The notes beneath the pieces were generated by a model that saw only the letters and a list, made by a program, of their open reading frames with translations, searched no databases and was not told the origin of the DNA. This document shows, piece after piece, positions 17,941 to 27,232 of a stretch of DNA of 64,000 nucleotides. Position 1 is the stretch's first letter. Each line of letters starts with the position of its first letter. This stretch comes from Gemmatimonadales bacterium (GTDB lineage Bacteria > Gemmatimonadota > Gemmatimonadetes > Gemmatimonadales > Gemmatimonadaceae): assembly GCA_038330215.1 (NCBI GenBank), contig JBBQNT010000001.1, positions 1,356-65,355 on the forward strand, given 5' to 3'. Made by a program: the position numbers and the translations under genes.

Positions 17941-20205
17941 ATGAGCACTGTGTGGCTGTTCGAAAAGCCCAGCCAGGCAAACGACGTCGCTACGGCAGTC
18001 GGCATCATCGGAAAGCGCAACGGTTGCATCGAGACGAAGCTCGGCATCTTCACTTGGGGCTTTGGGCATCTGCTCGAACAGCTGCAGCCCGATGACTACG
18101 ACGCTGCACACAAAGCCTGGCGACTGGACACCTTGCCCATCGTGCCGGAACGGTGGCGCGTTCGTCCCGCATCCGCTCGTGCAGGGCAGTTGAAGATCGT
18201 CTGCGAACTGATCAAGGCCGCGTCCGAGGTCGTGATCGCCACGGACGCCGACCGCGAAGGCGAGTGCATCGGTCGCGAGATCCTCGACCATGCAAAGTAC
18301 CGCGGGCCGACCAAGCGCCTGTGGTTGTCAGCGCTGGATCCCGTGTCCGTGCGCCGAGCAGTCGGCGCGTTGCGCGACGGAAAGAGCACCGCGCCGCTCT
18401 ATTGGGCGGCGCAGGCCCGCTCTCGCGCTGACTGGCTCGTCGGTATGAACCTCACACGCGCAGCCACACTCATCGCGCAAGCTGGCGGAGCGCAGGGCGT
18501 TCGATCTGTCGGGCGCGTGCAGACACCGACGCTCGCCTTGGTGGTGCGACGGGACGCAGAGATCGCAGCGTTCGTCCCTCGCGACTATTTCGAGATCGAA
18601 GCTGATGTCAATGCGAGCGGGCAGTCGCTCGTCATGAAGTATGCACCTGGCGGAGAGAACAGGCTCTTCGAACGAGCAACAGCTGAAGAGATCGCGCAGC
18701 GAGTGATCGGCGCCGAAGGGCCGCTGCAGGTCCAGACCGAGCGCAAGCGCCAGTCACCGCCGAAGCTGATGTCGTTGAAGGATCTGCAAAAGGCTTGCAG
18801 CAAGAAGTTTGGCTTCGGCGCCGACAAGACGCTGGAGGTTGCACAGTCGTTGTACGAAACGCACAAGATCCTGAGCTACCCGCGTTCCGATTGCTCCTAC
18901 ATGCCCAATGAGCAGGAAGCCGACGTCGGACCGATCCTCACGCACCTGGCGCAGCTCGATGTGCTCGGTGGGCCCGCGCAGAAGGCAGCGGCTCAACCTG
19001 TCGTGCGCAAGTCTGTCTTCGACAGCAGCAAGACCACGGCACATCATGCGATTGTCCCAACGCTCGTGCCGGCGCGTCTGGATGCGCTCTCGCCAGATGA
19101 ACGACGCGTCTACCTGCTGGTCGCTCAGCACTACATCGCGTCGCTGTCGCCCGACTACGTCTACGACGAGACCAAGGCGGCACTCGATGCGAACGGGATT
19201 CCACTGACGGCTGTTGGCCGTACACCCATCACCGCGGGCTGGAAGAGCGTATTTGGCAATCAGAAAGATGACGAGGACGACGACAAGGCCTCCTTGCCGT
19301 CGATCCCGAATGGCACGCGCAGCCAGGTGATGACTGCGCGTGTTGAAGGAAAGCGTACCGAGCCGCCCAAGCAGTACACCGAGGGCACGTTGATCGACGA
19401 TATGAACTCCATTGCAAAGTTCTGCACCGATCCACGCGTCAAGGCGCGCCTGAAGGAAACGTCCGGCATCGGAACGTCTGCGACGCAGGGCAACATCATC
19501 AAGACGCTGCGCGATCGAAGTTTCATCGCGCCGGTCGGGAAGAACACCATCGTGTCAACGCCAGCTGGTCGAGCGCTCATCGGTTTCCTTCCGGACGAGC
19601 TATGCGATCCAGCACTGACCGCGTTGTGGGAAGACCGTCTCTCCGAACTTGCGGAAGGCAAACTGCCCGAGGCTGCGAGAGAGGAATTCGTCGATCGCGT
19701 GTTGCAGCAGGTGAACCGGCTGCTCGGCGAGATGCGTACGGCTCCAGCTCCTGACATGAGCGGCGAGGCAGGTTCCAATGGCCGATCCGCTCGTTCCACT
19801 CGATCGCCGGCCGCGAACCGCGGCGGCGGCCGAAGCCGCGGCAGCGCCCCGGCAAAGCGTGTGGAGAGCGATCGCACGAGCACCGCGCGAGATGGCGCGC
19901 CCACAGACAAGATGCTGGCGTACGCACAAAAGATCGCTGAATCGCGTGGGCTCAAGAAGCCGCCGGATTCCATCCGGACCAGCTTCGAAGCATGTCGCAA
20001 GTTCATCGATGAACACGGCACAGAATTGACGAAGCAGCGTGAATCGGGGCGACCAAGCGACCGGCAATTGCAGTTCGCGCAGAACCTGGCCAATCGTATG
20101 GGCTTGGCATTGCCGGCCGGCTGCTTTACCTCAAGTGACGACTGCCGTCGCTTTATCGACGTACACAATCCGGGTACCGCGAGTCGCGGACCGACTCGCC
20201 GCTGA
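17941..20205 (+). CDS. topB: DNA topoisomerase III
   Basis: WLFEKPSQA, VIATDADREGE (TOPRIM) and ILSYPRSDCSY (active-site Tyr). Two C-terminal repeats: KMLAYAQKIAESRGL...CRKFIDEH and RQLQFAQNLANRMGL...CRRFIDVH. Confidence 0.9.
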   Translation: MSTVWLFEKPSQANDVATAVGIIGKRNGCIETKLGIFTWGFGHLLEQLQPDDYDAAHKAWRLDTLPIVPERWRVRPASARAGQLKIVCELIKAASEVVIATDADREGECIGREILDHAKYRGPTKRLWLSALDPVSVRRAVGALRDGKSTAPLYWAAQARSRADWLVGMNLTRAATLIAQAGGAQGVRSVGRVQTPTLALVVRRDAEIAAFVPRDYFEIEADVNASGQSLVMKYAPGGENRLFERATAEEIAQRVIGAEGPLQVQTERKRQSPPKLMSLKDLQKACSKKFGFGADKTLEVAQSLYETHKILSYPRSDCSYMPNEQEADVGPILTHLAQLDVLGGPAQKAAAQPVVRKSVFDSSKTTAHHAIVPTLVPARLDALSPDERRVYLLVAQHYIASLSPDYVYDETKAALDANGIPLTAVGRTPITAGWKSVFGNQKDDEDDDKASLPSIPNGTRSQVMTARVEGKRTEPPKQYTEGTLIDDMNSIAKFCTDPRVKARLKETSGIGTSATQGNIIKTLRDRSFIAPVGKNTIVSTPAGRALIGFLPDELCDPALTALWEDRLSELAEGKLPEAAREEFVDRVLQQVNRLLGEMRTAPAPDMSGEAGSNGRSARSTRSPAANRGGGRSRGSAPAKRVESDRTSTARDGAPTDKMLAYAQKIAESRGLKKPPDSIRTSFEACRKFIDEHGTELTKQRESGRPSDRQLQFAQNLANRMGLALPAGCFTSSDDCRRFIDVHNPGTASRGPTRR

Positions 20206-20226
20206 AACCACAAATAGGGGAAGATC

Positions 20227-21165
20227 ATGAGCACCGATACATCCGAGATCGCCACATCCGAGATCGCCGCGAAGTTTCCAGTAAAGGACATTTACGCTGT
20301 ACACCCTACGGAGGGCACACCCATCCTCATCACCGTGGGCGAACTTGGTTTCGCGCGGATCTCGACTACGCGTCCTATCGACGAGTTGAATGACCAGGCC
20401 ACACTGCCACATCACATCGAAGCGGCCGTCTCCGGCAGTCTGTTCGGGTGGCACGTGCCTGCCGCCGATCCTGACCTCTGGTTGCAGCGCCTTGGTCAAC
20501 GGCAACACGTTGCCAGCAACGACATGGCCCATGACCAGGTCACGCCGCTCATCCTCTCTGCAAGCGATCGCGAGTTCCTGCGCAGCGTGCTGCAGGCCTC
20601 GACAGGATGGAGCGCGCATAGCAAGGCACTGCTCGCGAGGATCGACGCCGGTGGTGATCGCATCGTCGTCCAAGCGGGCATCGAGGGCGGCGTAGTGCAA
20701 GGCTGGACGTCCAACTGTCCTGTTGACGCGATCATCATCGAATGGGACGAGATCACGCACGTGGTCGTGGGCGACGACGGATCCACGAAGCTCATCGGGT
20801 GCTACTCCGGTGTTCCGCGTGTGGATCATGGCGAAGCCTCGAAAGCATGCCAGATGCGTGACCACGCAATTGAGATCAACTGCGACCAGGTCGGGATCGT
20901 TTTGATCGCGACGGATGGTCATCGTTGGACACAGGTGGTTGATGTAGAGAAAAGCATCGACGTCGATGCGGTCGTCGACAACGTCGTGGAAGCGTGGATG
21001 GAGGGCGGCGAATTGCGTAGCGCGGGCGAGGTCGACCGAATGATCGTGCTCGTACGGAAGAACCATCAGCGGCCGACCGTGCATGCCCATCTTTCCGGTG
21101 CTGAGGCGCAGGAGCGACTCGCGTCGACACAGCGTATCGTTCGTGCAGCTCCAGGCTTGCGGTAA
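20227..21165 (+). CDS. hypothetical protein (312 aa)
   Basis: Same-strand operon position between topB and the ATPase gene, protein-like composition. Contains an in-frame 15-bp tandem duplication (TSEIATSEIA). Confidence 0.6.
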   Translation: MSTDTSEIATSEIAAKFPVKDIYAVHPTEGTPILITVGELGFARISTTRPIDELNDQATLPHHIEAAVSGSLFGWHVPAADPDLWLQRLGQRQHVASNDMAHDQVTPLILSASDREFLRSVLQASTGWSAHSKALLARIDAGGDRIVVQAGIEGGVVQGWTSNCPVDAIIIEWDEITHVVVGDDGSTKLIGCYSGVPRVDHGEASKACQMRDHAIEINCDQVGIVLIATDGHRWTQVVDVEKSIDVDAVVDNVVEAWMEGGELRSAGEVDRMIVLVRKNHQRPTVHAHLSGAEAQERLASTQRIVRAAPGLR

Positions 21166-21171
21166 GCGACC

Positions 21172-22545
21172 ATGAAGCTCGCACTGGGATTGCGCTCCTA
21201 TGAACGCGCAAAGCAAAACAAGGACGTTCCTGTCCTGTGGGACGAACAGCGGGCCATCAATGGTCACTGGCTTCTCGTGGGATCCAGCGGTACCGGAAAG
21301 ACACACACGCTTCGACGCCTGATCGAAGGAATGACGCGCCAGAGTGCGTTACGAGTCCATGTCTTCGACGTGCACGGAGACATCGTGCTTGACGGAAACG
21401 GGGTCGTGTCGATGCCGAACGCTTCAGTCGTGCGTTTCAGTGAAAGCACGCTCTACGGCTTGAATCCATTGAGCGTGGATCCGGATCCGCACTTCGGCGG
21501 AATCCGACGAAAGATTCAGGGCCTGCTCAACGCGCTCAATCAAACGTCGCGCGAACTCGGTGCTCGGCAGGAGGCTGTGCTCCGCGCGATCCTGCTCGAA
21601 CTCTATGCGGCCAATGGCTACTTCGAAACGGACCCGAACTCGTGGAAGACCGCCGGCGAAATGGTTCGCGGCTACGCAAAAAAATCACCCACTCTTGTCG
21701 ACGCGTTGCGTTTCGCCCGCGCAAAGCACAAGGCCATCTATCTCGGTACCAACGCAAAGGCGATATCGCTGCTTGAAGCTGTCAACAAGAAGGCTGGACA
21801 GCTCTATGCCAAGGCTCGGGCCCTGGCCAAAGAACACGATGCCGAACAAGCCGACATCAAGGATGCCGAGCTGGAGAAAGCCATCGATGCCTCTCTCGCC
21901 GCCTTCGAGCAAGCGGTGCGTTCGATCCGCACCGGTCGTGAGCTTGAAGACGCCATTCGATATGACAGCAAGGAGGTGCTCAAGACGATCGTGGAGCGCC
22001 TTGAGAATCTCGCGAGTACCGGGATCTTTCGGCCCGAGGCGCCGCCGTTCGAACCGCGCAAGAGCGTCTGGGGCTATGACATTCGCTCGTTGCCCGAAGA
22101 CGAGAAGAAGCTGTTCGTACGGTTCCGTCTGGAACAAATATTTCAGGAGGCGAGACAGCGCGGTGTGCAATCTGAGTTGCGTGATCTCATAGTCGTGGAC
22201 GAAGCACATATATTCTTCGATCAAAATCCCGAGAACCCTCTCTCAGTGCTCGCCAAGGAATCGCGCAAGTTCGGCGTTGGGCTGGTGTGTGCATCGCAAA
22301 GTCCCACACACTTCAGTGATGACTTTCTGGGCAACTGCGGCACGAAGATTCTGCTCGGCCTCGACACGATGTACTGGGATGGCGCTTGCCGCAAGCTCAA
22401 GATTGAGCCCGACAAGTTGCGATATCTCAAGCCGGCGCGCACCGCGGCGATCTCGATCAAGGTGAAAGGCGAACTCACCACGAACTTCCTCAACGTCGAT
22501 GTCGACAACGACGCGGTCGACCAAGCAATCGCGATGACATTCTGA
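21172..22545 (+). CDS. P-loop ATPase, HerA/FtsK-like (DUF87-type)
   Basis: Walker A LLVGSSGTGKTH; Walker B LIVVDEAHIFF; ESRKFGVGLVCASQSPTHF resembles the HerA (E/G)RK(F/Y)G...SQrP motif. Confidence 0.7.
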   Translation: MKLALGLRSYERAKQNKDVPVLWDEQRAINGHWLLVGSSGTGKTHTLRRLIEGMTRQSALRVHVFDVHGDIVLDGNGVVSMPNASVVRFSESTLYGLNPLSVDPDPHFGGIRRKIQGLLNALNQTSRELGARQEAVLRAILLELYAANGYFETDPNSWKTAGEMVRGYAKKSPTLVDALRFARAKHKAIYLGTNAKAISLLEAVNKKAGQLYAKARALAKEHDAEQADIKDAELEKAIDASLAAFEQAVRSIRTGRELEDAIRYDSKEVLKTIVERLENLASTGIFRPEAPPFEPRKSVWGYDIRSLPEDEKKLFVRFRLEQIFQEARQRGVQSELRDLIVVDEAHIFFDQNPENPLSVLAKESRKFGVGLVCASQSPTHFSDDFLGNCGTKILLGLDTMYWDGACRKLKIEPDKLRYLKPARTAAISIKVKGELTTNFLNVDVDNDAVDQAIAMTF

Positions 22546-22576
22546 CCATCATCCACATGACGCCCAGGAGTACCGA

Positions 22577-22780
22577 ATGCCGACCGCGCGAAAGAGCATT
22601 GTCGCAGCATCCACCGAGCGCAAATGCCGTGTTTGCAAGTGCACGCAGTTCAACGCCTGCCCTGAAGGATGTTGGTGGGTCGAGTGGGATCTCTGCAGCA
22701 GCTGCGCGACACCTGCTGCAGCGGAAACGTCGACAGCTTCGAAACGGTCGGTCCGCAGCCCGAGAAAGCGGACGAAGTAG
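22577..22780 (+). CDS. small Cys-rich (zinc-ribbon-like) protein
   Basis: RKCRVCKCTQFNACPEGCWWVEWDLCSSC contains 8 Cys. aggag SD 7 nt upstream. Chosen over overlapping ORFs in other frames. Confidence 0.5.
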   Translation: MPTARKSIVAASTERKCRVCKCTQFNACPEGCWWVEWDLCSSCATPAAAETSTASKRSVRSPRKRTK

Positions 22781-22835
22781 TCGATTCGCTCCTGCAGGCC
22801 TGCAGCAGACGCTTCAACCTTGAGAGACGAATGCC

Positions 22836-23942
22836 ATGCAAAATTCAGCCCTGAGCTACGAGCCATCTGAGTTTGCGTTGATCGCACGCCTGGCCCGTGA
22901 CATCGGGCGGCCGATCTGCGTGCTCGATGTCGAAACGACCGGTCTGCCGAGCGACAAGACGCCGGTAGCGCTCGTTGAGTTTGGGTACGTCGTCGTCACC
23001 TCAGACAACGAGGTAAAAGTTGCCGGCACGCTCGTGAATCCGCAGGTGACCATTCCATGGCACGCAACCAAGATCCATGGCATCCAAGATCGCGACGTAC
23101 GCGACGCGCCGCATTTCACGGCGATCGCGCCGGCGATCGCCGCCATGTTCGGTAAGTTTGCAATCGTGGGATTCAACAGTACGGCGTTCGACGTTCGTGT
23201 TCTGCAGGAGAATCTTGCGCGAGCAGGCCAGCCCTGCGACGCACCGGCGGTGCAGCTCGATATTCGTGACGTGTGGCGAACCAACGGCCACGGCGAGCGC
23301 GGCAAGCTTGCTGACCTGGCGCTGCACTACGGCGTCGACCAGGTGAGCGCACATCGCGCCGTTGGCGACGCATTGACCACTGCACGAATTCTCGACGCCA
23401 TGATCTATCGTCATGGCGCAGACGATGTCCGCCGCAGCTTGATCGAGACGCTCACGGTTCATTGCGCCGCGGCCGAGGAAACCTCTCAGCGCCGCGCCCC
23501 TGCAGCGGAGGCTTCTGTAAGAGGCGCCGGCGCCGCCGGCCGGCGCCCCCTGCAGGAGCGCGGTGGCATCTCGATCAAGAATGCGATCGCGCAGCATATC
23601 GAGCACGCCAATCGCATCTCGCCGGCGGACTACGACACGATTGCCGCACGCTGCGGCGTGAAGCCAGCGTCAGTGTCGTTCCAGTTGTCCGAAATGATCA
23701 CAAATGGCGATGTCGCCCCGGAGCATGCAGCTGACCAGCGTGTTCAGACGCTGATCGCCGTGCACCTGGCGGCTGCCCGGCGTCAAGCGGGCGGTACGTC
23801 CCTCCTGAAGCCTCTTAAGGCAGCTCTCGACGCCCTGGCGGGCATCAACGTCGACTACGTCCAGCTGCGCATCGCACTGCTCGCGCACGGGCAGGAGCCA
23901 TCAGCTGCCCATGGCTCGCGCGGCGGGCCTTCGATGCGGTGA
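22836..23942 (+). CDS. DnaQ-like 3'-5' exonuclease (DEDDh) with C-terminal extension
   Basis: Exo I VLDVETTGL, Exo II GFNSTAFDVRVL, Exo III HRAVGDALTTARIL. Confidence 0.85.
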   Translation: MQNSALSYEPSEFALIARLARDIGRPICVLDVETTGLPSDKTPVALVEFGYVVVTSDNEVKVAGTLVNPQVTIPWHATKIHGIQDRDVRDAPHFTAIAPAIAAMFGKFAIVGFNSTAFDVRVLQENLARAGQPCDAPAVQLDIRDVWRTNGHGERGKLADLALHYGVDQVSAHRAVGDALTTARILDAMIYRHGADDVRRSLIETLTVHCAAAEETSQRRAPAAEASVRGAGAAGRRPLQERGGISIKNAIAQHIEHANRISPADYDTIAARCGVKPASVSFQLSEMITNGDVAPEHAADQRVQTLIAVHLAAARRQAGGTSLLKPLKAALDALAGINVDYVQLRIALLAHGQEPSAAHGSRGGPSMR

Positions 23943-23998
23943 TTTCCGCGTGCAAATTTGAGTGTCGTCTAGCCTTAAACCTGCGGAGCCTGTAAGAT

Positions 23999-24024
23999 CT
24001 GTGAAGTACATTATCTATTCACAC
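23999..24024 (+). promoter_or_regulatory. weak/degenerate member of the 26-bp IR family (CTGTGAA-N12-TTCACAC)
   Basis: Same 12-nt spacing; 5/7 and 6/7 arm matches; 20 nt upstream of ATG 24045. Confidence 0.3.
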
Positions 24025-24044
24025 AGAACCCGCCGAGGCTCCTC

Positions 24045-24551
24045 ATGCCCAACCAGAAGATATCGCTCCGCTCGCGGCTTCTCGTGGTGCTCCTGGCATG
24101 TCTCACCATGACGCTGACGGCGGCGGCCGGATCCGGCAGCGAGCTGCCGGCGGCGTTCGCGAAATCCAACGCCTACGGCGCGTACATGAAGATCGACGGC
24201 CGCTGGTACGGCATCACGTCCACCGATCTTTGGGATTACGATCCACTCGGAATGACCCTGTTCGTTGATGACACCACGGCTACGAACTGCCGGCGGGCCA
24301 ATGGTCAATTTCCCAGCGTCGGTGGCACTTCGTCAGTGCTTTTTGGTGTCGGAAGTCCCTCGACATCGTTCTTCGGGTCGCGCATCACGGGTGGTGAGGC
24401 ATTCACCATTCGGCAGAAGACGCATCCAGATCTGCCGTTGATTCTTGAGATTTACAGCCTCGACACCGACGTCCGCTGCACCGGGGAAGTGGCGGCGCCG
24501 AACATGACGCCCCCCGTCGAAACGCCGATCTTCGTCAACCAGTTCGAGTGA
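24045..24551 (+). CDS. exported protein (168 aa), unknown function
   Basis: Signal-like SRLLVVLLACLTMTLTAAAGSG. Confidence 0.65.
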   Translation: MPNQKISLRSRLLVVLLACLTMTLTAAAGSGSELPAAFAKSNAYGAYMKIDGRWYGITSTDLWDYDPLGMTLFVDDTTATNCRRANGQFPSVGGTSSVLFGVGSPSTSFFGSRITGGEAFTIRQKTHPDLPLILEIYSLDTDVRCTGEVAAPNMTPPVETPIFVNQFE

Positions 24552-24712
24552 CCTTCGGTCACTACAGAGCAACGAGTTTGGGATGCCCTGCGGTCCGCTT
24601 ACCCCCTGAGCCCTGACCCCAGATGCCGAATCGACGGCATGACTCGTCCACCAGCGCAGCGCATTCGACTCGGGCATTTTGCAACCGCGGCCCTCAAATC
24701 ATGGTACAGTTT

Positions 24713-24738
24713 GTGCGTATTCCAGTAGCAATACGCAC
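24713..24738 (+). promoter_or_regulatory. operator-like perfect IR GTGCGTA-N12-TACGCAC
   Basis: Read directly. Shares the 13-mer GTGCGTATTCCAG with the site at 7615. 40 nt upstream of ATG 24779. Confidence 0.55.
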
Positions 24739-24778
24739 ATCACGCGTTGCTGCATTCTCGGACCAATGAGGGGCTGCG

Positions 24779-26077
24779 ATGTTCACGAAAACTGTAGTTC
24801 GACGCGTTGCAATTGCAACGCTGCTGTTCGGCGTGCAGATGGTTTCCGCCTCCAGCTTGGTGATGACGCTCCCCAACGGGCAAATCTACCGTATTCCGAT
24901 TAACGCATCTGAGCCAGTCCGGGTATCACCCTTCGGAACGGGGGATGTGCATGTGCCGGTGACGATCGCCGCCGGCGTCGCCGGCGACGGCTTCTGTCCC
25001 CCGGCATCCCGCAGCGCCAGCACATTCGCCCCGGCTGCCACGCTCGACGCTTCGCTGGTCCTAGTCACTCTCGCTGGCGGCGGCGTTTACGCGCTCCCTG
25101 TGGCTTCTCAGGCCGTCAAGATCGATCCACTCACCGGTGACATCGTCTTCCACACATCGTTGGCTGCTGGTGTCCCTGGTGATGGATTCTGTCCGGGCAG
25201 CGGAGGTGGTCCAGCAGCGCCTGTGTTCACGACCTCGCTGACCGCGACGCCGACAGAGATCTCGATCGGCGCCCAGGTCACTTTGACCTGGGCGACCACT
25301 GGAGCGACCAGTTGCACCGGTAGTGTGACCAGGGACGGATCGACGATCACGCTGTCGGGGTGGTCAGGTACGCGGCCGACCTCGTCCGCGGGATTCAGTC
25401 CGTTGTCGATCGCTACAGCTGGTACGTATGCATTCTCGATCTCGTGCGCCAACGCTGCTGGCACCAGGACCTCGACGGCGCCGGCCGTCGTGGTCGGTGG
25501 CGGCACCAGCTCGTGCTCGGCCGTCGTGCCCATCGCCGGGCTCACCAGGCAGACCACGATGACCAACACCAACTTCCTGCAGGGGAACAGCGAACTGCCC
25601 CTCGGAACCGTTGCCACAACGTCATGGGACTACTTTTACGGACAAGGCCAGCCCTGGCCGACTCGTACCGCGAATGGCACCTTGGCGGTGAAAGCCGGGA
25701 AGTTCATCGCGCTGGAATTCCGAACGGGGTCGTCGACGATTGAGACGTTTGGATCGGTTGAATGGGTACCACCAGCCGCGAACGTCGGCATGCCGCTCGT
25801 GGTGCTCAGCAAGTGCGCTGGCGACTTCGTCAACCTGCCGCCGACGTCGCCGGCGAGCACAAATGGAATATGCAGAAACTACAGTGGCGGCTACGGCAGA
25901 CTGGTGTGGTCACTCAACAGTCTCGACCCGCTGGCCTGCCGTCTACAGCCGAATACGACGTATTTCTTCAACGTCGCCTACGTCGACTACAACACGTGGG
26001 AGTCGTCCTGCTCGGCACCCGAGGCATCAACAGGTTCGAACCCCACGAGCTGCCACCTCTTTGCGCAACCACGTTGA
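24779..26077 (+). CDS. exported protein with two ~55-aa tandem repeats ending in AAGV(A/P)GDGFCP
   Basis: Signal-like VRRVAIATLLFGVQMVSASS. Repeats SLVMTLPNGQIYRIP...VAGDGFCP and SLVLVTLAGGGVYALP...VPGDGFCP. Confidence 0.7.
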   Translation: MFTKTVVRRVAIATLLFGVQMVSASSLVMTLPNGQIYRIPINASEPVRVSPFGTGDVHVPVTIAAGVAGDGFCPPASRSASTFAPAATLDASLVLVTLAGGGVYALPVASQAVKIDPLTGDIVFHTSLAAGVPGDGFCPGSGGGPAAPVFTTSLTATPTEISIGAQVTLTWATTGATSCTGSVTRDGSTITLSGWSGTRPTSSAGFSPLSIATAGTYAFSISCANAAGTRTSTAPAVVVGGGTSSCSAVVPIAGLTRQTTMTNTNFLQGNSELPLGTVATTSWDYFYGQGQPWPTRTANGTLAVKAGKFIALEFRTGSSTIETFGSVEWVPPAANVGMPLVVLSKCAGDFVNLPPTSPASTNGICRNYSGGYGRLVWSLNSLDPLACRLQPNTTYFFNVAYVDYNTWESSCSAPEASTGSNPTSCHLFAQPR

Positions 26078-26084
26078 GGATCCC

Positions 26085-26342
26085 ATGAGCCACGACCACC
26101 GTCGTGCAATGCCCAACCCGAACTCCACGTTGCTGACCAGCGCGATCGTCGGTGGCTTCGGGATCGACATTCCACCAGAACATGTGGTGCCGCCACCGGG
26201 CATGGGGGTCATCATGCTGTTCGTGCCATTGGAAAAGGTCGTGGGTCAGACCGCCCCGGAGGTTCAAGATGACCTTGGCCTGCCGTGGTCGACGGGCGAT
26301 GGGAACGGTGTCTGGCTTGCGGACTTCCTCGGAAACACATAG
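26085..26342 (+). CDS. hypothetical protein (85 aa)
   Basis: Internal ATG of track ORF 25740..26342 with a gagga SD; 8 nt after the upstream stop. Confidence 0.35.
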   Translation: MSHDHRRAMPNPNSTLLTSAIVGGFGIDIPPEHVVPPPGMGVIMLFVPLEKVVGQTAPEVQDDLGLPWSTGDGNGVWLADFLGNT

Positions 26343-26668
26343 TTCCATGCCGCCCGCGGCCTATCGCGCATCCATGCGCATTGGCGCCATCCTTGCGCCT
26401 GCAGCCTCGTCCAGCGCGACTGTCGCCGACTAACCGCCGGCGATCCGCTCCGCGGACGTTTGGCAGGATGCGGTTGATAAGCAGTTCGTCAAAACTCGAA
26501 AGCGTAATGAGCGATCGAACTGGACTTGTATGAGATCGCGCGCTCAGTCGAAAGTATGTGGCGGTGCGCGATCCCGAGGGAGCGCCGGATTGCGATGAGC
26601 ACCTGATATGATGATCTTGGACGGCTGGTGCGGTGTGAAACAAATACTGCCACGACGAGGTCGTAAAT

Positions 26669-27199
26669 ATGGCGAATCCAGAGCCGCAATGGCAACCGAT
26701 CAGCGTCCTTCCTGCAATTGCTCTTGTGCTCGCGGAGCAGAGTGCGGAGACGGACAAGCAACTCGTCTCCCTGAAAGGCACTTGTGATCGACCTGCTGCG
26801 CTCGATAGCGCAACCATCGAGAATGTTGTGCGTGTCTATTCGGAGCAGGCAACTTTTGTGGATTTGTATCTGCAGCAGCTTGAACGATGGAAAGGCGATG
26901 CAACCACCGAGCTGTTGCGAGGTGAGGTTTATCGACTTGAGGGAGTTGCCCGCCATCTAAGTCGCACAGTGGACGAAATCCTAAGTGTTGCATCGACGCT
27001 CGCTGAGGCGTGCATCGATCGCGTGATGGAGAAAAATGACATTGAGCAAGCGATTGATTTTCTTTCCAGCGCAATTCAGGAAAGGAAACAGGTTCGCGCC
27101 CATCATGAGCATTTTAGGAGCCCTGGCGCCCGCGATGGCGATAGCGAAGGACCAACTCTGAACATCACTGATACGGAGAAGAGCCATACTCGGCCATGA
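26669..27199 (+). CDS. hypothetical helical protein (176 aa) in the lower-GC patch
   Basis: Protein-like composition; no motif recognised. Confidence 0.55.
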   Translation: MANPEPQWQPISVLPAIALVLAEQSAETDKQLVSLKGTCDRPAALDSATIENVVRVYSEQATFVDLYLQQLERWKGDATTELLRGEVYRLEGVARHLSRTVDEILSVASTLAEACIDRVMEKNDIEQAIDFLSSAIQERKQVRAHHEHFRSPGARDGDSEGPTLNITDTEKSHTRP

Positions 27200-27232
27200 A
27201 CAGCCCAGAATTCGCTCGGATCTACTTAGAGC

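Noticed and set aside
20131-21306. 391-aa minus-strand ORF spanning the topB end, the whole 312-aa gene and the ATPase gene start
   Set aside because: It overlaps three well-supported + genes and has an Arg/His-rich composition. It is a shadow ORF.
22285-22311. GTGTGTG-N13-CACACAC inverted repeat resembling the operator family
   Set aside because: It lies inside the HerA-like coding sequence (encoding GLVCASQSPTHF), has 13-nt rather than 12-nt spacing, and lacks the TA at the inner arm ends. It is probably coincidental.
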